Shown here one piece after another: positions 41,896 to 53,935 of a DNA stretch of 64,000 bases. The translations under genes and the position numbers were made by a program. Source of the stretch: Escherichia coli (GTDB lineage: Bacteria > Pseudomonadota > Gammaproteobacteria > Enterobacterales > Enterobacteriaceae); NCBI RefSeq assembly GCF_030384885.1, contig NZ_CP128613.1, one strand, 5' to 3'. The first letter of the stretch is position 1. Each line of letters begins with the position of its first letter. A model generated the notes under the pieces. It made no database searches and had not been told where the DNA came from. It worked only from the letters and a program-made list of their open reading frames with translations.

Positions 41896-44067
41896 ATGAG
41901 TCAAACCATAACCCAGGGCCGTTTACGCATTGACGCCGACTTTAAACGTTTTGTGGATGAAGAAGTTTTGCCTGGCGTGGAACTGGATGCTGCCGCGTTC
42001 TGGCGCAATGTTGATGAGATTGTTCACGATCTGGCGCCAGAAAATCGTCAGTTGCTGGCAGACCGCGATCGCATTCAGGCGGCGCTTGATGAGTGGCATC
42101 GCAGCAATCCGGGGCCGGTAAAAGATAAAGCGGCCTATAAATCTTTCCTGCGTGAACTGGGCTACCTGGTGCCACAGCCTGACCACGTTACGGTGGAAAC
42201 CACGGGCATCGACAGCGAAATCACCAGTCAGGCGGGGCCACAGCTGGTGGTTCCGGCAATGAATGCTCGCTACGCGCTGAACGCGGCGAACGCTCGCTGG
42301 GGATCGCTGTACGACGCGCTATACGGCAGTGACATCATCCCGCAGGAAGGGGCGATGGTCAGCGGCTACGATCCGCAGCGCGGTGCGCTGGTTATCGCCT
42401 GGGTTCGACGTTTCCTCGATGAATCACTGCCGCTGGAAAATGGCAGCTATCAGGATGTGGTGGCGTTTAGCGTGGTCGACAAACAATTACGTATCCAGTT
42501 GAAAAATAGTCAAGAAAGCACGTTACGTACACCGGCACAGTTTGTCGGTTACCGTGGCGATGCCGCTGCGCCAACCTGCATTTTGCTGAAAAATAACGGC
42601 CTGCATATCGAGCTACAAATCGATGCCAACGGGCGGATTGGCAAAGACGATCCGGCGCACATCAACGATGTTATCGTCGAAGCGGCCATCAGTACCATTC
42701 TCGACTGTGAAGATTCGGTCGCAGCGGTTGATGCGGAAGATAAAATCCTACTGTACCGCAACCTGCTGGGCCTGATGCAGGGGACTCTGCAAGAGAAAAT
42801 GGAGAAAAACGGTCGGCAAATCGTGCGTAAACTGAATGACGATCGTCAGTACACCGCCGCCGATGGCTCTGAAATTTCTCTGCACGGACGTTCGCTGCTG
42901 TTTATCCGCAACGTAGGTCATTTGATGACCATTCCTGTGATTTGGGACAGCGAAGGTAATGAAATTCCGGAAGGTATTCTTGATGGCGTCATGACTGGTG
43001 CGATTGCCCTCTACGACTTAAAAGTGCAGAAAAACTCGCGTACCGGCAGTGTTTATATTGTGAAACCGAAAATGCACGGTCCACAGGAAGTGGCTTTTGC
43101 CAACAAACTGTTTACCCGCATTGAGACAATGCTTGGTATGAAACCGAATACCCTGAAAATGGGCATTATGGATGAAGAACGCCGGACCTCGCTGAACTTG
43201 CGTAGCTGTATCGCTCAGGCGAGCAACCGCGTGGCGTTTATCAACACTGGCTTCCTCGACCGTACCGGCGATGAGATGCATTCGGTGATGGAAGCGGGCC
43301 CGATGCTGCGTAAAAACCAGATGAAATCGACGCCGTGGATCAAAGCCTACGAGCGCAATAACGTGCTTTCCGGCCTGTTCTGCGGGCTGCGCGGTAAAGC
43401 GCAAATCGGTAAAGGGATGTGGGCAATGCCGGACCTGATGGCAGACATGTACAGCCAGAAGGGCGATCAGTTACGCGCCGGGGCGAACACGGCCTGGGTT
43501 CCGTCGCCAACTGCCGCTACACTCCATGCGCTGCACTACCATCAAACCAACGTACAGAGTGTGCAAGCCAACATTGCCCAGACCGAGTTCAATGCTGAAT
43601 TTGAACCGCTGCTGGACGATCTGCTGACCATTCCGGTTGCTGAAAACGCTAACTGGTCGGCACAAGAGATCCAACAAGAGCTGGATAACAACGTACAGGG
43701 GATTCTGGGTTACGTGGTGCGCTGGGTGGAGCAGGGGATTGGTTGTTCAAAAGTGCCGGATATTCACAACGTGGCGCTGATGGAAGACCGTGCAACGTTG
43801 CGTATCTCCAGCCAGCATATCGCCAACTGGTTACGTCACGGTATTTTGACCAAAGATCAGGTGCATGCGTCGCTGGAGAACATGGCGAAAGTGGTGGATC
43901 AGCAAAATGCTGGCGATCCGGCATATCGTCCGATGGTCGGGAATTTCGCTAACTCGTGTGCCTTTAAAGCTGCCAGCGATTTGATCTTCCTCGGCGTGAA
44001 ACAGCCAAACGGTTATACCGAACCGTTATTACACGCCTGGCGTTTACGTGAAAAAGAAAGTCATTAA
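41896..44067 (+). CDS. glcB: malate synthase G
   Basis: Track ORF 723 aa [27 protein letters not shown]... Confidence 0.97.
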   Translation: MSQTITQGRLRIDADFKRFVDEEVLPGVELDAAAFWRNVDEIVHDLAPENRQLLADRDRIQAALDEWHRSNPGPVKDKAAYKSFLRELGYLVPQPDHVTVETTGIDSEITSQAGPQLVVPAMNARYALNAANARWGSLYDALYGSDIIPQEGAMVSGYDPQRGALVIAWVRRFLDESLPLENGSYQDVVAFSVVDKQLRIQLKNSQESTLRTPAQFVGYRGDAAAPTCILLKNNGLHIELQIDANGRIGKDDPAHINDVIVEAAISTILDCEDSVAAVDAEDKILLYRNLLGLMQGTLQEKMEKNGRQIVRKLNDDRQYTAADGSEISLHGRSLLFIRNVGHLMTIPVIWDSEGNEIPEGILDGVMTGAIALYDLKVQKNSRTGSVYIVKPKMHGPQEVAFANKLFTRIETMLGMKPNTLKMGIMDEERRTSLNLRSCIAQASNRVAFINTGFLDRTGDEMHSVMEAGPMLRKNQMKSTPWIKAYERNNVLSGLFCGLRGKAQIGKGMWAMPDLMADMYSQKGDQLRAGANTAWVPSPTAATLHALHYHQTNVQSVQANIAQTEFNAEFEPLLDDLLTIPVAENANWSAQEIQQELDNNVQGILGYVVRWVEQGIGCSKVPDIHNVALMEDRATLRISSQHIANWLRHGILTKDQVHASLENMAKVVDQQNAGDPAYRPMVGNFANSCAFKAASDLIFLGVKQPNGYTEPLLHAWRLREKESH

Positions 44068-44422
44068 TAGCATCAAAAAAGCCCCGGCAAGTTTTATTGT
44101 CGGGGCTATGATAGTAACTGCGGTAGTATATTTATCCCGGAAATAACCGGGGCGATTATCAGGGTTTAACAATATTAAATACCCGTAGCGCATCACTAGC
44201 GGGACTAAAACAACATTATGGACATCTTTACGATACTCTGCGCCTGTGTGTGCGGAACAGAAACCCTTACCCGATATACTTGTTATGCCAGAGGTAGCAA
44301 TTGCGTTAGCGGCGTGCTGTTGCTGTAAAGTATAACGCCTATATTTTACAGTTCAGTCCTCTTTTGCTTATTACAAACCTTAAATATATCAAGTATATAA
44401 AGATAATAAGAGACTGAACAAT

Positions 44423-46105
44423 ATGGTTACCTGGACCCAAATGTATATGCCGATGGGAGGACTGGGGCTATCCGCTCTGGTCGCCCTGATCCCGATAATA
44501 TTCTTCTTCGTTGCACTCGCGGTATTACGTCTGAAAGGGCATGTTGCTGGAGCAATAACCCTTATATTATCTATCCTGATTGCGATATTCGCCTTTAAAA
44601 TGCCAATTGATATGGCATTTGCTGCTGCGGGCTATGGCTTTATTTATGGATTATGGCCTATTGCGTGGATTATTGTCGCGGCGGTATTCCTGTATAAATT
44701 AACCGTTGCCAGCGGGCAGTTTGATATTATCCGCAGTTCGGTTATCTCCATCACCGATGATCAGCGTTTGCAGGTGTTACTGATTGGTTTCTCCTTTGGC
44801 GCACTGCTGGAAGGAGCGGCTGGCTTTGGCGCGCCGGTGGCGATTACAGGCGCTCTGCTGGTGGGGCTGGGCTTCAAACCGTTATATGCGGCGGGGTTGT
44901 GTCTGATTGCCAACACTGCGCCGGTGGCGTTTGGTGCGTTGGGCGTGCCGATTCTGGTCGCTGGTCAGGTAACGGGAATCGATCCGTTTGATATTGGCGC
45001 AATGGCGGGACGTCAGTTACCGTTCCTGTCGGTTCTTGTGCCATTCTGGCTGGTGGCAATGATGGACGGTTGGAAAGGGGTGAAAGAGACCTGGCCAGCG
45101 GCGCTGGTTGCAGGGGGAAGCTTCGCTGTCACGCAGTTCTTTACCTCTAACTACATTGGTCCGGAACTGCCGGATATTACTTCGGCGCTGGTGAGTATTG
45201 TCTCACTCGCTTTATTCCTTAAAGTCTGGCGGCCGAAAAATACCGAAACGGCAATCAGCATGGGGCAATCCGCAGGTGCGATGGTGGTAAATAAGCCATC
45301 TTCTGGCGGTCCCGTGCCTTCAGAATATAGTCTGGGGCAAATCATTCGTGCATGGTCACCGTTTTTAATCTTAACGGTACTGGTTACCATCTGGACGATG
45401 AAACCATTTAAAGCGTTATTTGCTCCGGGCGGTGCGTTTTATTCGCTGGTGATTAATTTCCAGATCCCTCATTTGCATCAACAAGTGTTGAAAGCGGCAC
45501 CCATTGTCGCCCAGCCAACGCCAATGGATGCGGTGTTTAAATTCGACCCCCTCTCTGCTGGCGGCACCGCTATTTTTATTGCGGCGATTATCTCTATCTT
45601 CATCCTCGGCGTGGGGATCAAGAAAGGTATTGGCGTCTTTGCCGAAACGCTAATTAGCCTGAAGTGGCCGATACTGTCGATTGGCATGGTGCTGGCGTTC
45701 GCCTTCGTCACCAACTATTCCGGTATGTCCACCACGCTGGCGCTGGTACTGGCGGGCACAGGCGTGATGTTCCCGTTCTTCTCACCGTTCCTTGGCTGGT
45801 TGGGTGTATTTCTCACGGGTTCGGATACGTCTTCTAACGCCCTGTTTGGTTCACTGCAATCAACGACGGCGCAGCAAATCAACGTCTCTGACACCCTGCT
45901 GGTGGCAGCAAACACCAGCGGTGGCGTGACCGGCAAGATGATCTCCCCGCAATCTATCGCCGTGGCCTGTGCCGCGACAGGTATGGTGGGTCGAGAATCT
46001 GAACTGTTCCGCTACACCGTGAAGCACAGTCTGATTTTTGCCAGCGTTATCGGCATTATCACCCTGCTGCAGGCGTATGTGTTTACCGGAATGTTAGTCT
46101 CGTAA
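44423..46105 (+). CDS. glcA: glycolate/lactate permease
   Basis: Track ORF 560 aa [29 protein letters not shown]... Confidence 0.95.
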   Translation: MVTWTQMYMPMGGLGLSALVALIPIIFFFVALAVLRLKGHVAGAITLILSILIAIFAFKMPIDMAFAAAGYGFIYGLWPIAWIIVAAVFLYKLTVASGQFDIIRSSVISITDDQRLQVLLIGFSFGALLEGAAGFGAPVAITGALLVGLGFKPLYAAGLCLIANTAPVAFGALGVPILVAGQVTGIDPFDIGAMAGRQLPFLSVLVPFWLVAMMDGWKGVKETWPAALVAGGSFAVTQFFTSNYIGPELPDITSALVSIVSLALFLKVWRPKNTETAISMGQSAGAMVVNKPSSGGPVPSEYSLGQIIRAWSPFLILTVLVTIWTMKPFKALFAPGGAFYSLVINFQIPHLHQQVLKAAPIVAQPTPMDAVFKFDPLSAGGTAIFIAAIISIFILGVGIKKGIGVFAETLISLKWPILSIGMVLAFAFVTNYSGMSTTLALVLAGTGVMFPFFSPFLGWLGVFLTGSDTSSNALFGSLQSTTAQQINVSDTLLVAANTSGGVTGKMISPQSIAVACAATGMVGRESELFRYTVKHSLIFASVIGIITLLQAYVFTGMLVS

Positions 46106-46107
46106 AT

Positions 46108-46140
46108 CAATAAAGCCGGATGATCGTTAATATCATCCGG
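46108..46140 (+). terminator. rho-independent terminator of glcA
   Basis: gccggatgat cgttaat atcatccggc followed by ttcattctttg. Confidence 0.7.
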
Positions 46141-46599
46141 CTTCATTCTTTGTTCATTACATTATTCTGTCTTATTAATTTAAAATCATTTCCTGCTTTA
46201 TTATCTATACAGTAATAATGTATTGCATTCAGATAACATACTAAATAATTAAGGGTGTGAGAATATCTGTTTTTTTATCACGCAAAACAAGTCTGTATTA
46301 ATTATGTTCGCTTGATGAGCAAACACCGTTCTATCTGTTGCTTTTGCAATCTAAATCGTTAAAACTATCAACGAATTTATATGGTTACGCTGTGAAAAGT
46401 TGTTGATTTTTTGTTTGTTGAAATTTCGTAAAAATAACCTGGCAGATATCGTATAGGGGATATTCTTATAGATTTCACCTGTTTTTCTATAAATGATGCC
46501 GTTTTCTTAAGAATGGAGGAAGTTATTAGAGAAAATAAAGCATAAAACTATTTTCCCAGTTACAAATTCTTTAATTTTATTTTGTCACTTGCGTTATTA

Positions 46600-47592
46600 A
46601 TGAATAAGAAATTTAAATATAAAAAATCGCTTTTAGCGGCTATTTTAAGCGCAACCTTATTAACCGGTTGTGATGGCGGTGGTTCAGGATCGTCCTCCGA
46701 TACGCCGTCTGTAGATTCTGGAGCAGGGACTTTGCCGGAAGTGAAACCCGATCCAATACCAACCCCGGAACCGACACCTGAGCCGACGCCGGACCCAGAA
46801 CCTACACCAGACCCGACACCCGATCCAGAGCCGACACCAGAACCGGAGCCAGAACCTGTTCCTACGAAAACGGGGTATCTGACCCTGGGCGGAAGCCAGC
46901 GGGTAACTGGTGCTACCTGTAATGGTGAATCCAGCGACGGCTTTACCTTTACGCCAGGCAATACCGTGAGTTGTGTGGTGGGCAGTACGACCATTGCAAC
47001 ATTCAACACCCAGTCAGAGACTGCGCGTAGCCTGCGTGCGGTTGACAAAGTGTCGTTTAGCCTTGAGGACGCGCAGGAGCTGGCGGATTCTGCAAATAAG
47101 AAAACCAACGCCATCTCTCTGGTGACGTCCAGCGACAGTTGCCCCGCAGATGCAGAACAGCTTTGTCTTACTTTCTCGTCAGTGGTTGATCGCGCGCGTT
47201 TTGAAAAACTGTATAAGCAAATTGATCTGGCAACAAACGATTTCAGCAAGCTGGTCAATGAAGAGGTGGAAAACAATGCTGCGACTGATAAAGCGCCGTC
47301 CACCCATACCTCAACGGTAGTGCCAGTCACGACAGAGGGAACAAAACCGGATCTGAACGCGTCCTTCGTGTCGGCTAACGCGGAACAGTTTTATCAGTAT
47401 CAACCAACTGAAATCATTCTTTCCGAAGGCCATCTGGTGGATAGCCTGGGGAACGGTGTTGCTGGCGTAGACTACTACACCAATTCAGGCCGTGGCGTAA
47501 CTGACGAAAACGGTAAATTCTCCTTTAGCTGGGGCGAAACCATCTCCTTTGGTATCGATACCTTTGAACTGGGCTCAGTACGCGGCAATAAG
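46600..47592 (+). pseudogene. yghJ: sslE/yghJ lipoprotein mucinase, 5' fragment only (~330 of ~1500 codons), then out-of-context tail to stop at 47664
   Basis: Track ORF 46582..47664; MNKKFKYKKSLLAAILSATLLTGCDGGG lipobox, PEPT-repeat linker, collinear with SslE N-terminus up to ...ISFGIDTFELGSVRGNK, after which similarity stops. Confidence 0.8.
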
Positions 47593-47603
47593 ATCCGCAG
47601 AAA

Positions 47604-47861
47604 ATTTTTAACTATATCCAGCTTACGCCTGTGCGTAAGGAGGGAATTGTCGGTTATGCAGTGAAGCCGGGGGCAGATCGTTCTCTGTTCGATGCCAGCG
47701 GTTTCAGGGAAGGCGATATCGCCATTGCGCTCAATCAGCAGGATTTCACTGATCCACGAGCAATGATTGCTCTGATGCGGCAGTTACCTTCAATGGATTC
47801 CATTCAACTTACGGTTTTACGCAAGGGTGCGCGCTACGACATTTCCATCGCGCTGCGCTAA
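47604..47861 (+). pseudogene. gspC: gspC (T2SS-beta) 3' fragment encoding only the C-terminal PDZ-like region
   Basis: Frame continuing into track ORF 47631..47861 reads ...NYIQLTPVRKEGIVGYAVKPGADRSLFDASGFREGDIAIALNQQDFTDPRAMIALMRQLPSMDSIQLTVLRKGARYDISIALR; no 5' part present. Confidence 0.7.
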
Positions 47862-47890
47862 CCGCATTTAATCCAGGAGAATCATTCATC

Positions 47891-48807
47891 GTGTTTTGGC
47901 GTGATATTACGTTGTCGGCCTGGCGTAAGAAGACAACTGGCCTCAAAACAAAAAAGCGTTTACTGCCGCTGGTGCTGGCAGCGGCATTATGCAGTTCACC
48001 GGTCTGGGCGGAAGAAGCCACTTTCACCGCTAATTTTAAAGATACCGACCTGAAATCGTTCATCGAAACCGTCGGCGCTAACCTTAATAAAACCATCATT
48101 ATGGGGCCGGGCGTACAGGGGAAAGTGAGTATTCGTACCATGACCCCACTCAATGAACGCCAGTATTACCAGCTATTCCTTAACCTGCTGGAAGCACAGG
48201 GGTATGCCGTCGTACCGATGGAAAACGACGTGCTGAAGGTGGTGAAATCCAGCGCCGCGAAAGTCGAGCCGCTGCCGCTGGTCGGTGAAGGCAGCGACAA
48301 CTACGCGGGCGATGAAATGGTCACCAAAGTAGTGCCGGTACGTAATGTGTCGGTCCGCGAACTGGCACCGATTTTGCGCCAGATGATCGACAGCGCAGGC
48401 TCAGGCAACGTTGTTAATTACGATCCCTCCAACGTAATTATGCTCACCGGACGCGCCTCCGTCGTAGAGCGCCTGGCGGTCTGATGGACGATCAGGCGGG
48501 AGAAAGCGTGGCGAAAGTGCCGCTGCTGGGCGATATCCCGTTGATTGGTAACCTGTTTAAATCGACGGCGGATAAAAAAGAAAAACGTAACCTGATGGTG
48601 TTTATCCGCCCGACCATTCTGCGTGATGGTATGGCGGCAGACGGCGTGTCGCAGCGCAAATATAACTATATGCGCGCCGAACAGATCTATCGCGATGAGC
48701 AAGGCTTAAGCCTGATGCCGCACACCGCGCAGCCGATATTGCCTGCGCAAAATCAGGCTCTACCGCCGGAAGTTCGTGCGTTCCTTAATGCCGGGAGAAC
48801 GCGTTAA
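47891..48807 (+). pseudogene. gspD: gspD secretin with large internal deletion/frameshift (N0-domain fragment 47891..48484 plus C-terminal fragment 48484..48807)
   Basis: Track ORFs of 197 aa (signal peptide + N0 domain, ends ...VNYDPSNVIMLTGRASVVERLAV) and 107 aa (secretin C-terminal motif VPLLGDIPLIGNLF) in different frames; intact GspD is ~650 aa. Confidence 0.8.
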
Positions 48808-50300
48808 TGGTGCCTGTAGCACAGGAAACCACTGCTAACACCGTGCGTCTGCCCTACAGTTTCAGCCGTCGGTTTAGCCTGGTGGCATGGTGCGAAGCGT
48901 CGCTGGAGATCCTCCATGTGCATCCGTTGTCGCTCTCTGTTTTGCAGGAGCTGCAACGGGGGCTGAACGCGCCCTTTACGCTGCGGCAAATCGACGAAGC
49001 CGAATTTGAACAGCGGCTGAATGCGGTCTGGCAACGGGACTCTTCCGAGGCCCGCCAGCTGATGGAAGATCTCGGTTCTGCTGAGGACTTTTTTACCCTC
49101 GCGGAAGAACTGCCGGAAACGGAAGATCTGCTGGAAAGTGACGATGATGCGCCGATCATCAAACTGATCAACGCCATGCTGGCAGAGGCGATTAAAGAAG
49201 GCGCTTCGGATATCCACATCGAGACGTTTGAAAAGAGTCTGGTGATCCGTTTTCGCGTTGACGGCACATTACATGAAATGCTGCGTCCGGGGCGCAAACT
49301 GGCCTCGCTGCTGGTATCGCGTATTAAGGTGATGGCACGGCTGGATATCGCCGAAAAACGCGTACCGCAGGATGGGCGCATTGCGCTGCTGCTGGGCGGT
49401 CGGGCGATTGACGTGCGTGTCTCCACCATGCCTTCCGCCTGGGGCGAGCGCGTGGTGCTGCGACTGCTGGACAAAAACCAGGCCCGCCTGACGCTGGAAC
49501 GTCTGGGGTTGAGCCATGAACTGACCGCGCAGTTGCGCCAGCTACTGCACAAACCGCACGGCATCTTTCTGGTGACGGGGCCGACAGGTTCCGGCAAAAG
49601 CACCACGCTGTACGCCGGATTGCAGGAGCTGAACAACCACTCGCGCAACATTCTCACGGTTGAAGACCCCATCGAATACATGATTGAAGGGATCGGTCAG
49701 ACACAGGTTAACACCCGCGTCGGCATGACCTTCGCCCGTGGCCTGCGCGCGATTTTGCGTCAGGACCCGGATGTGGTGATGGTCGGTGAAATCCGCGATA
49801 CCGAAACCGCAGAAATCGCCGTCCAGGCGTCATTGACCGGACACCTGGTACTTTCCACGCTGCATACCAACACGGCGGTGGGGGCGATCACGCGTTTGCA
49901 GGATATGGGCGTTGAGCCTTTCCTGCTCTCTTCCAGCCTGACGGGCGTGATGGCGCAGCGACTTGTTCGCACACTGTGCACCGACTGCCGCCAGCCCGCG
50001 CCTGCCACTGATGAAGAAAAACGCCTGCTGGGAATTACCGATGTGCGTACCGTCACGCTGTACCATCCGCAGGGCTGCCCCGCCTGTAATCACAAAGGTT
50101 TTCGCGGGCGTACTGCCATCCATGAGCTGATCGTGGTAGACGCCACATTGCGTGATTTGATTCACCGTCAGGCCGGGGAACTGGAGCTGGAACGTTATGT
50201 CCGGCAACACTCTGCGGGTATCCGCAGCAACGGCATTGAGAAAGTGCTTGCCGGAGAAACCTCTCTCGATGAAGTGCTGCGGGTAACGATGGAGGCGTAA
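48807..50300 (+). CDS. gspE: type II secretion ATPase GspE (reading frame intact)
   Basis: Track ORF 497 aa; Walker [10 protein letters not shown], tetracysteine CTDC...CPAC motif. Confidence 0.9.
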   Translation: MVPVAQETTANTVRLPYSFSRRFSLVAWCEASLEILHVHPLSLSVLQELQRGLNAPFTLRQIDEAEFEQRLNAVWQRDSSEARQLMEDLGSAEDFFTLAEELPETEDLLESDDDAPIIKLINAMLAEAIKEGASDIHIETFEKSLVIRFRVDGTLHEMLRPGRKLASLLVSRIKVMARLDIAEKRVPQDGRIALLLGGRAIDVRVSTMPSAWGERVVLRLLDKNQARLTLERLGLSHELTAQLRQLLHKPHGIFLVTGPTGSGKSTTLYAGLQELNNHSRNILTVEDPIEYMIEGIGQTQVNTRVGMTFARGLRAILRQDPDVVMVGEIRDTETAEIAVQASLTGHLVLSTLHTNTAVGAITRLQDMGVEPFLLSSSLTGVMAQRLVRTLCTDCRQPAPATDEEKRLLGITDVRTVTLYHPQGCPACNHKGFRGRTAIHELIVVDATLRDLIHRQAGELELERYVRQHSAGIRSNGIEKVLAGETSLDEVLRVTMEA

Positions 50301-50995
50301 TGGCACTGTTTTACTATCAGGCGTTACAGCGTAATGGTCGCAAAACCAAAGGCATGATTGAGGCGGATTCCGCGCGTCATGCCCGCCAGTTGTTGCGCGG
50401 TAAAGAGCTTATCCCCGTACACATTGAAGCCCGGATGAATGCTTCGTCAGGGGGAATGTTGCAGCGTCGGCGACACGCACATCGTCGTGTGGCGGCGGCA
50501 GATCTGGCGCTGTTCACTCGCCAACTGGCAACGCTGGTGCAGGCAGCAATGCCGCTGGAAACCTGCTTACAGGCGGTCAGTGAGCAAAGTGAAAAACTGC
50601 ATGTAAAAAGCCTCGGAATGGCGCTACGCAGCCGGATTCAGGAAGGTTACACCCTGTCGGACAGCCTGCGCGAACATCCCCGCGTCTTTGACTCCCTGTT
50701 TTGTTCGATGGTGGCTGCCGGAGAAAAATCCGGGCATCTCGACGTGGTGCTCAATCGCCTGGCGGATTACACCGAACAGCGACAGCGCCTGAAATCACGC
50801 CTGCTGCAGGCCATGCTCTATCCGCTGGTACTGCTGGTGGTGGCAACGGGCGTGGTCACTATTTTGCTGACGGCGGTGGTGCCGAAAATTATCGAACAGT
50901 TTGATCATCTCGGACACGCGCTGCCTGCCTCCACCCGCGCTCTTATCGCTATGAGCGACGCGTTGCAGACCAGCGGCGTTTACTGGCTGACCGGT
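50300..50995 (+). pseudogene. gspF: gspF inner-membrane platform protein, 3'-truncated (~230 of ~400 codons); ORF continues into unrelated sequence to 51088
   Basis: Track ORF 50300..51088 262 aa; GspF-like N-terminal cytoplasmic domain and first TM; last ~30 residues non-GspF. Confidence 0.75.
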
Positions 50996-51239
50996 GCCAT
51001 GTATCACGGGCCTGTGCATCCATTAAGGAAAGCATCCCTGAACGTTGCATCAGGTCACGCCAGATTTCGCGATCGAGATTGCGTGTGATGGCTTTCATTG
51101 CGGTTTCCGGTTTCTCCATCAGCCAGCAGCCGCAGCGAAAATCCTGTTTCATGGCCCAGTCCGGGGCGGCTTTACCGCCAATACTTTCTGTCATTGCTGA
51201 TATTTCAGCCAGTTGCCGGATAAGTGTGTCGTGTAGTGG

Positions 51240-52539
<1,300 letters not shown>

Positions 52540-52620
52540 TGATGTGGGGGGAATCTGGTTGAGTTCGGTAGAATTGATTTGGAGGCAGAACGCTTAAATT
52601 GTGGCGTTCTGAAACGAAAA

Positions 52621-52644
52621 ACGGACCTCCGTGGAGGTCCGTTG
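52621..52644 (-). terminator. pheV terminator hairpin
   Basis: aacggacctccgtggaggtccgtt perfect inverted repeat just 3' of the tRNA, followed on the minus strand by ttttcgtttc. Confidence 0.6.
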
Positions 52645-52654
52645 ATATGAATTT

Positions 52655-52730
52655 TGGTGCCCGGACTCGGAATCGAACCAAGGACACGGGGATTTTCAAT
52701 CCCCTGCTCTACCGACTGAGCTATCCGGGC
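52655..52730 (-). tRNA. pheV: tRNA-Phe (GAA anticodon)
   Basis: Reverse complement reads GCCCGGATAGCTCAGTCGGTAGAGCAGGGGATTGAAAATCCCCGTGTCCTTGGTTCGATTCCGAGTCCGGGCACCA, the E. coli tRNA-Phe sequence. Confidence 0.97.
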
Positions 52731-52835
52731 AACGGGGCGCATTAAACCTGATTCGCCTCGTCTCGTCAATCAAATTTCTTCAATTTACTGCAGACTGCAC
52801 AATCTATCATCACTTTGTCGCTATTGCACGCACTG

Positions 52836-53543
52836 TCAGGCAAACCAGGCGGTCCAGGCTGCGGAAAGCGGCATTGCCAGAAGGAGTGCTGGAAGCATGT
52901 TGACCACCGGGAACATTTTAATGCCACAGATGCGTAAGCCGGTTGCCAGCAGCAATAAACCGCCCACGGCGCTGAAGTCTGCCATCATCGACGGTGTGGT
53001 CAGCGGTAATATCAGTGCGGCAGCCCACGCCAGCGTTAACTGGATGATCAGTAATGGAATGCTAATCACCGATACCGCGATGCCCAGTGAGCAGGCGAAG
53101 ATCATTGCCGTAAAAAAATCAAGAAATGACTTGGCGATTAAAATACTCGGATCGCCGGTCATACCTTCGTTCATCGCACCGAAGATCCCGGTGCCGCTGG
53201 CGCAAAACAGGACAATAATCGCGACAAAATTCTGAATAAAAGATTCATGCGCTGGCTTCTTACGTGAGTGACGAAACAGATTTTGTGCTTTGGCGACTGC
53301 TGTATTGACACCTTTCTCCAGCAAACAAATTTCGCCAATTAGAGCGCCAAGTAGCGTAGCTAAAACCATCGCTGGAAGGTTGGCGCATTTCACCACCAGT
53401 AAAATACCAATCCCCAGCGATGCCAGACCAAAAATAGATGTCATGGAGACGCGGATACGTTCCGGTAAACGTTGGCTGAGCAGAGCGCCGATAACGCCAC
53501 CCAGTAAGACTGCACTCGCGTTGATAAAAGGGCCGATGACCAC
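52836..53543 (-). CDS. yqgA: DUF554 inner membrane protein
   Basis: Track ORF 235 aa MVIGPFINASAVLLGGVIGALLSQRLPERIRVSMTS... Confidence 0.9.
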   Translation of the reverse strand: MVIGPFINASAVLLGGVIGALLSQRLPERIRVSMTSIFGLASLGIGILLVVKCANLPAMVLATLLGALIGEICLLEKGVNTAVAKAQNLFRHSRKKPAHESFIQNFVAIIVLFCASGTGIFGAMNEGMTGDPSILIAKSFLDFFTAMIFACSLGIAVSVISIPLLIIQLTLAWAAALILPLTTPSMMADFSAVGGLLLLATGLRICGIKMFPVVNMLPALLLAMPLSAAWTAWFA

Positions 53544-53935
53544 AAGAGTTCCTGTTAACTGTATTGTTTGATTTTCTTATTATGAACTTTTTGCCTTGTT
53601 GATGGCTTGTTTGGTCGCAAAGTCCTGGCTTGCACGCTTTAGCGAAAGGTGCCATGATTGCGCGAATTTTCTCCTCTCTGTACGGAGTTTGCCCGATGCA
53701 CGCCACCTCCTTACATTCTCTCGCTTATCGCCGTTTCGCGCGAAACTCCTCCCTTTTTCTGCTCATGCGGTGAAGTTAACGCACGCTCACTGCAGGACAA
53801 CAGTAAAATCAGAGCGTTTCTGCTTTTACTGATGTCTGGCGGTCGGAGCTGGTGACCAGTTTGACCCATATCTCGTGGGGCAGGGTTTTTCACCTTGTCC
53901 GGTATTCTTACTTCCCCGAAACGGGTTTTGCACTT

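Noticed and set aside
44068-44100. Hairpin immediately after glcB (agccccggcaa ... ttgtcggggct)
   Set aside because: Stable stem but no downstream U-tract on the glcB strand. glcA follows in the same operon, so it is not called as a terminator.
46740-46860. Short-period nucleotide repeat (ccggaaccgacacc-like units)
   Set aside because: It encodes the PEPT-repeat linker of SslE in frame. It is a coding low-complexity region, not a CRISPR array or minisatellite.
46560-47330. 256-aa minus-strand ORF with GSG/VGS repeats
   Set aside because: Mirror image of the Pro-Glu-Pro-Thr linker repeat of sslE on the plus strand. Antisense artefact.
48854-49681. 275-aa Ser-rich minus-strand ORF
   Set aside because: Antisense to gspE, which has clear Walker A and zinc-finger motifs. 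Low-complexity translation.
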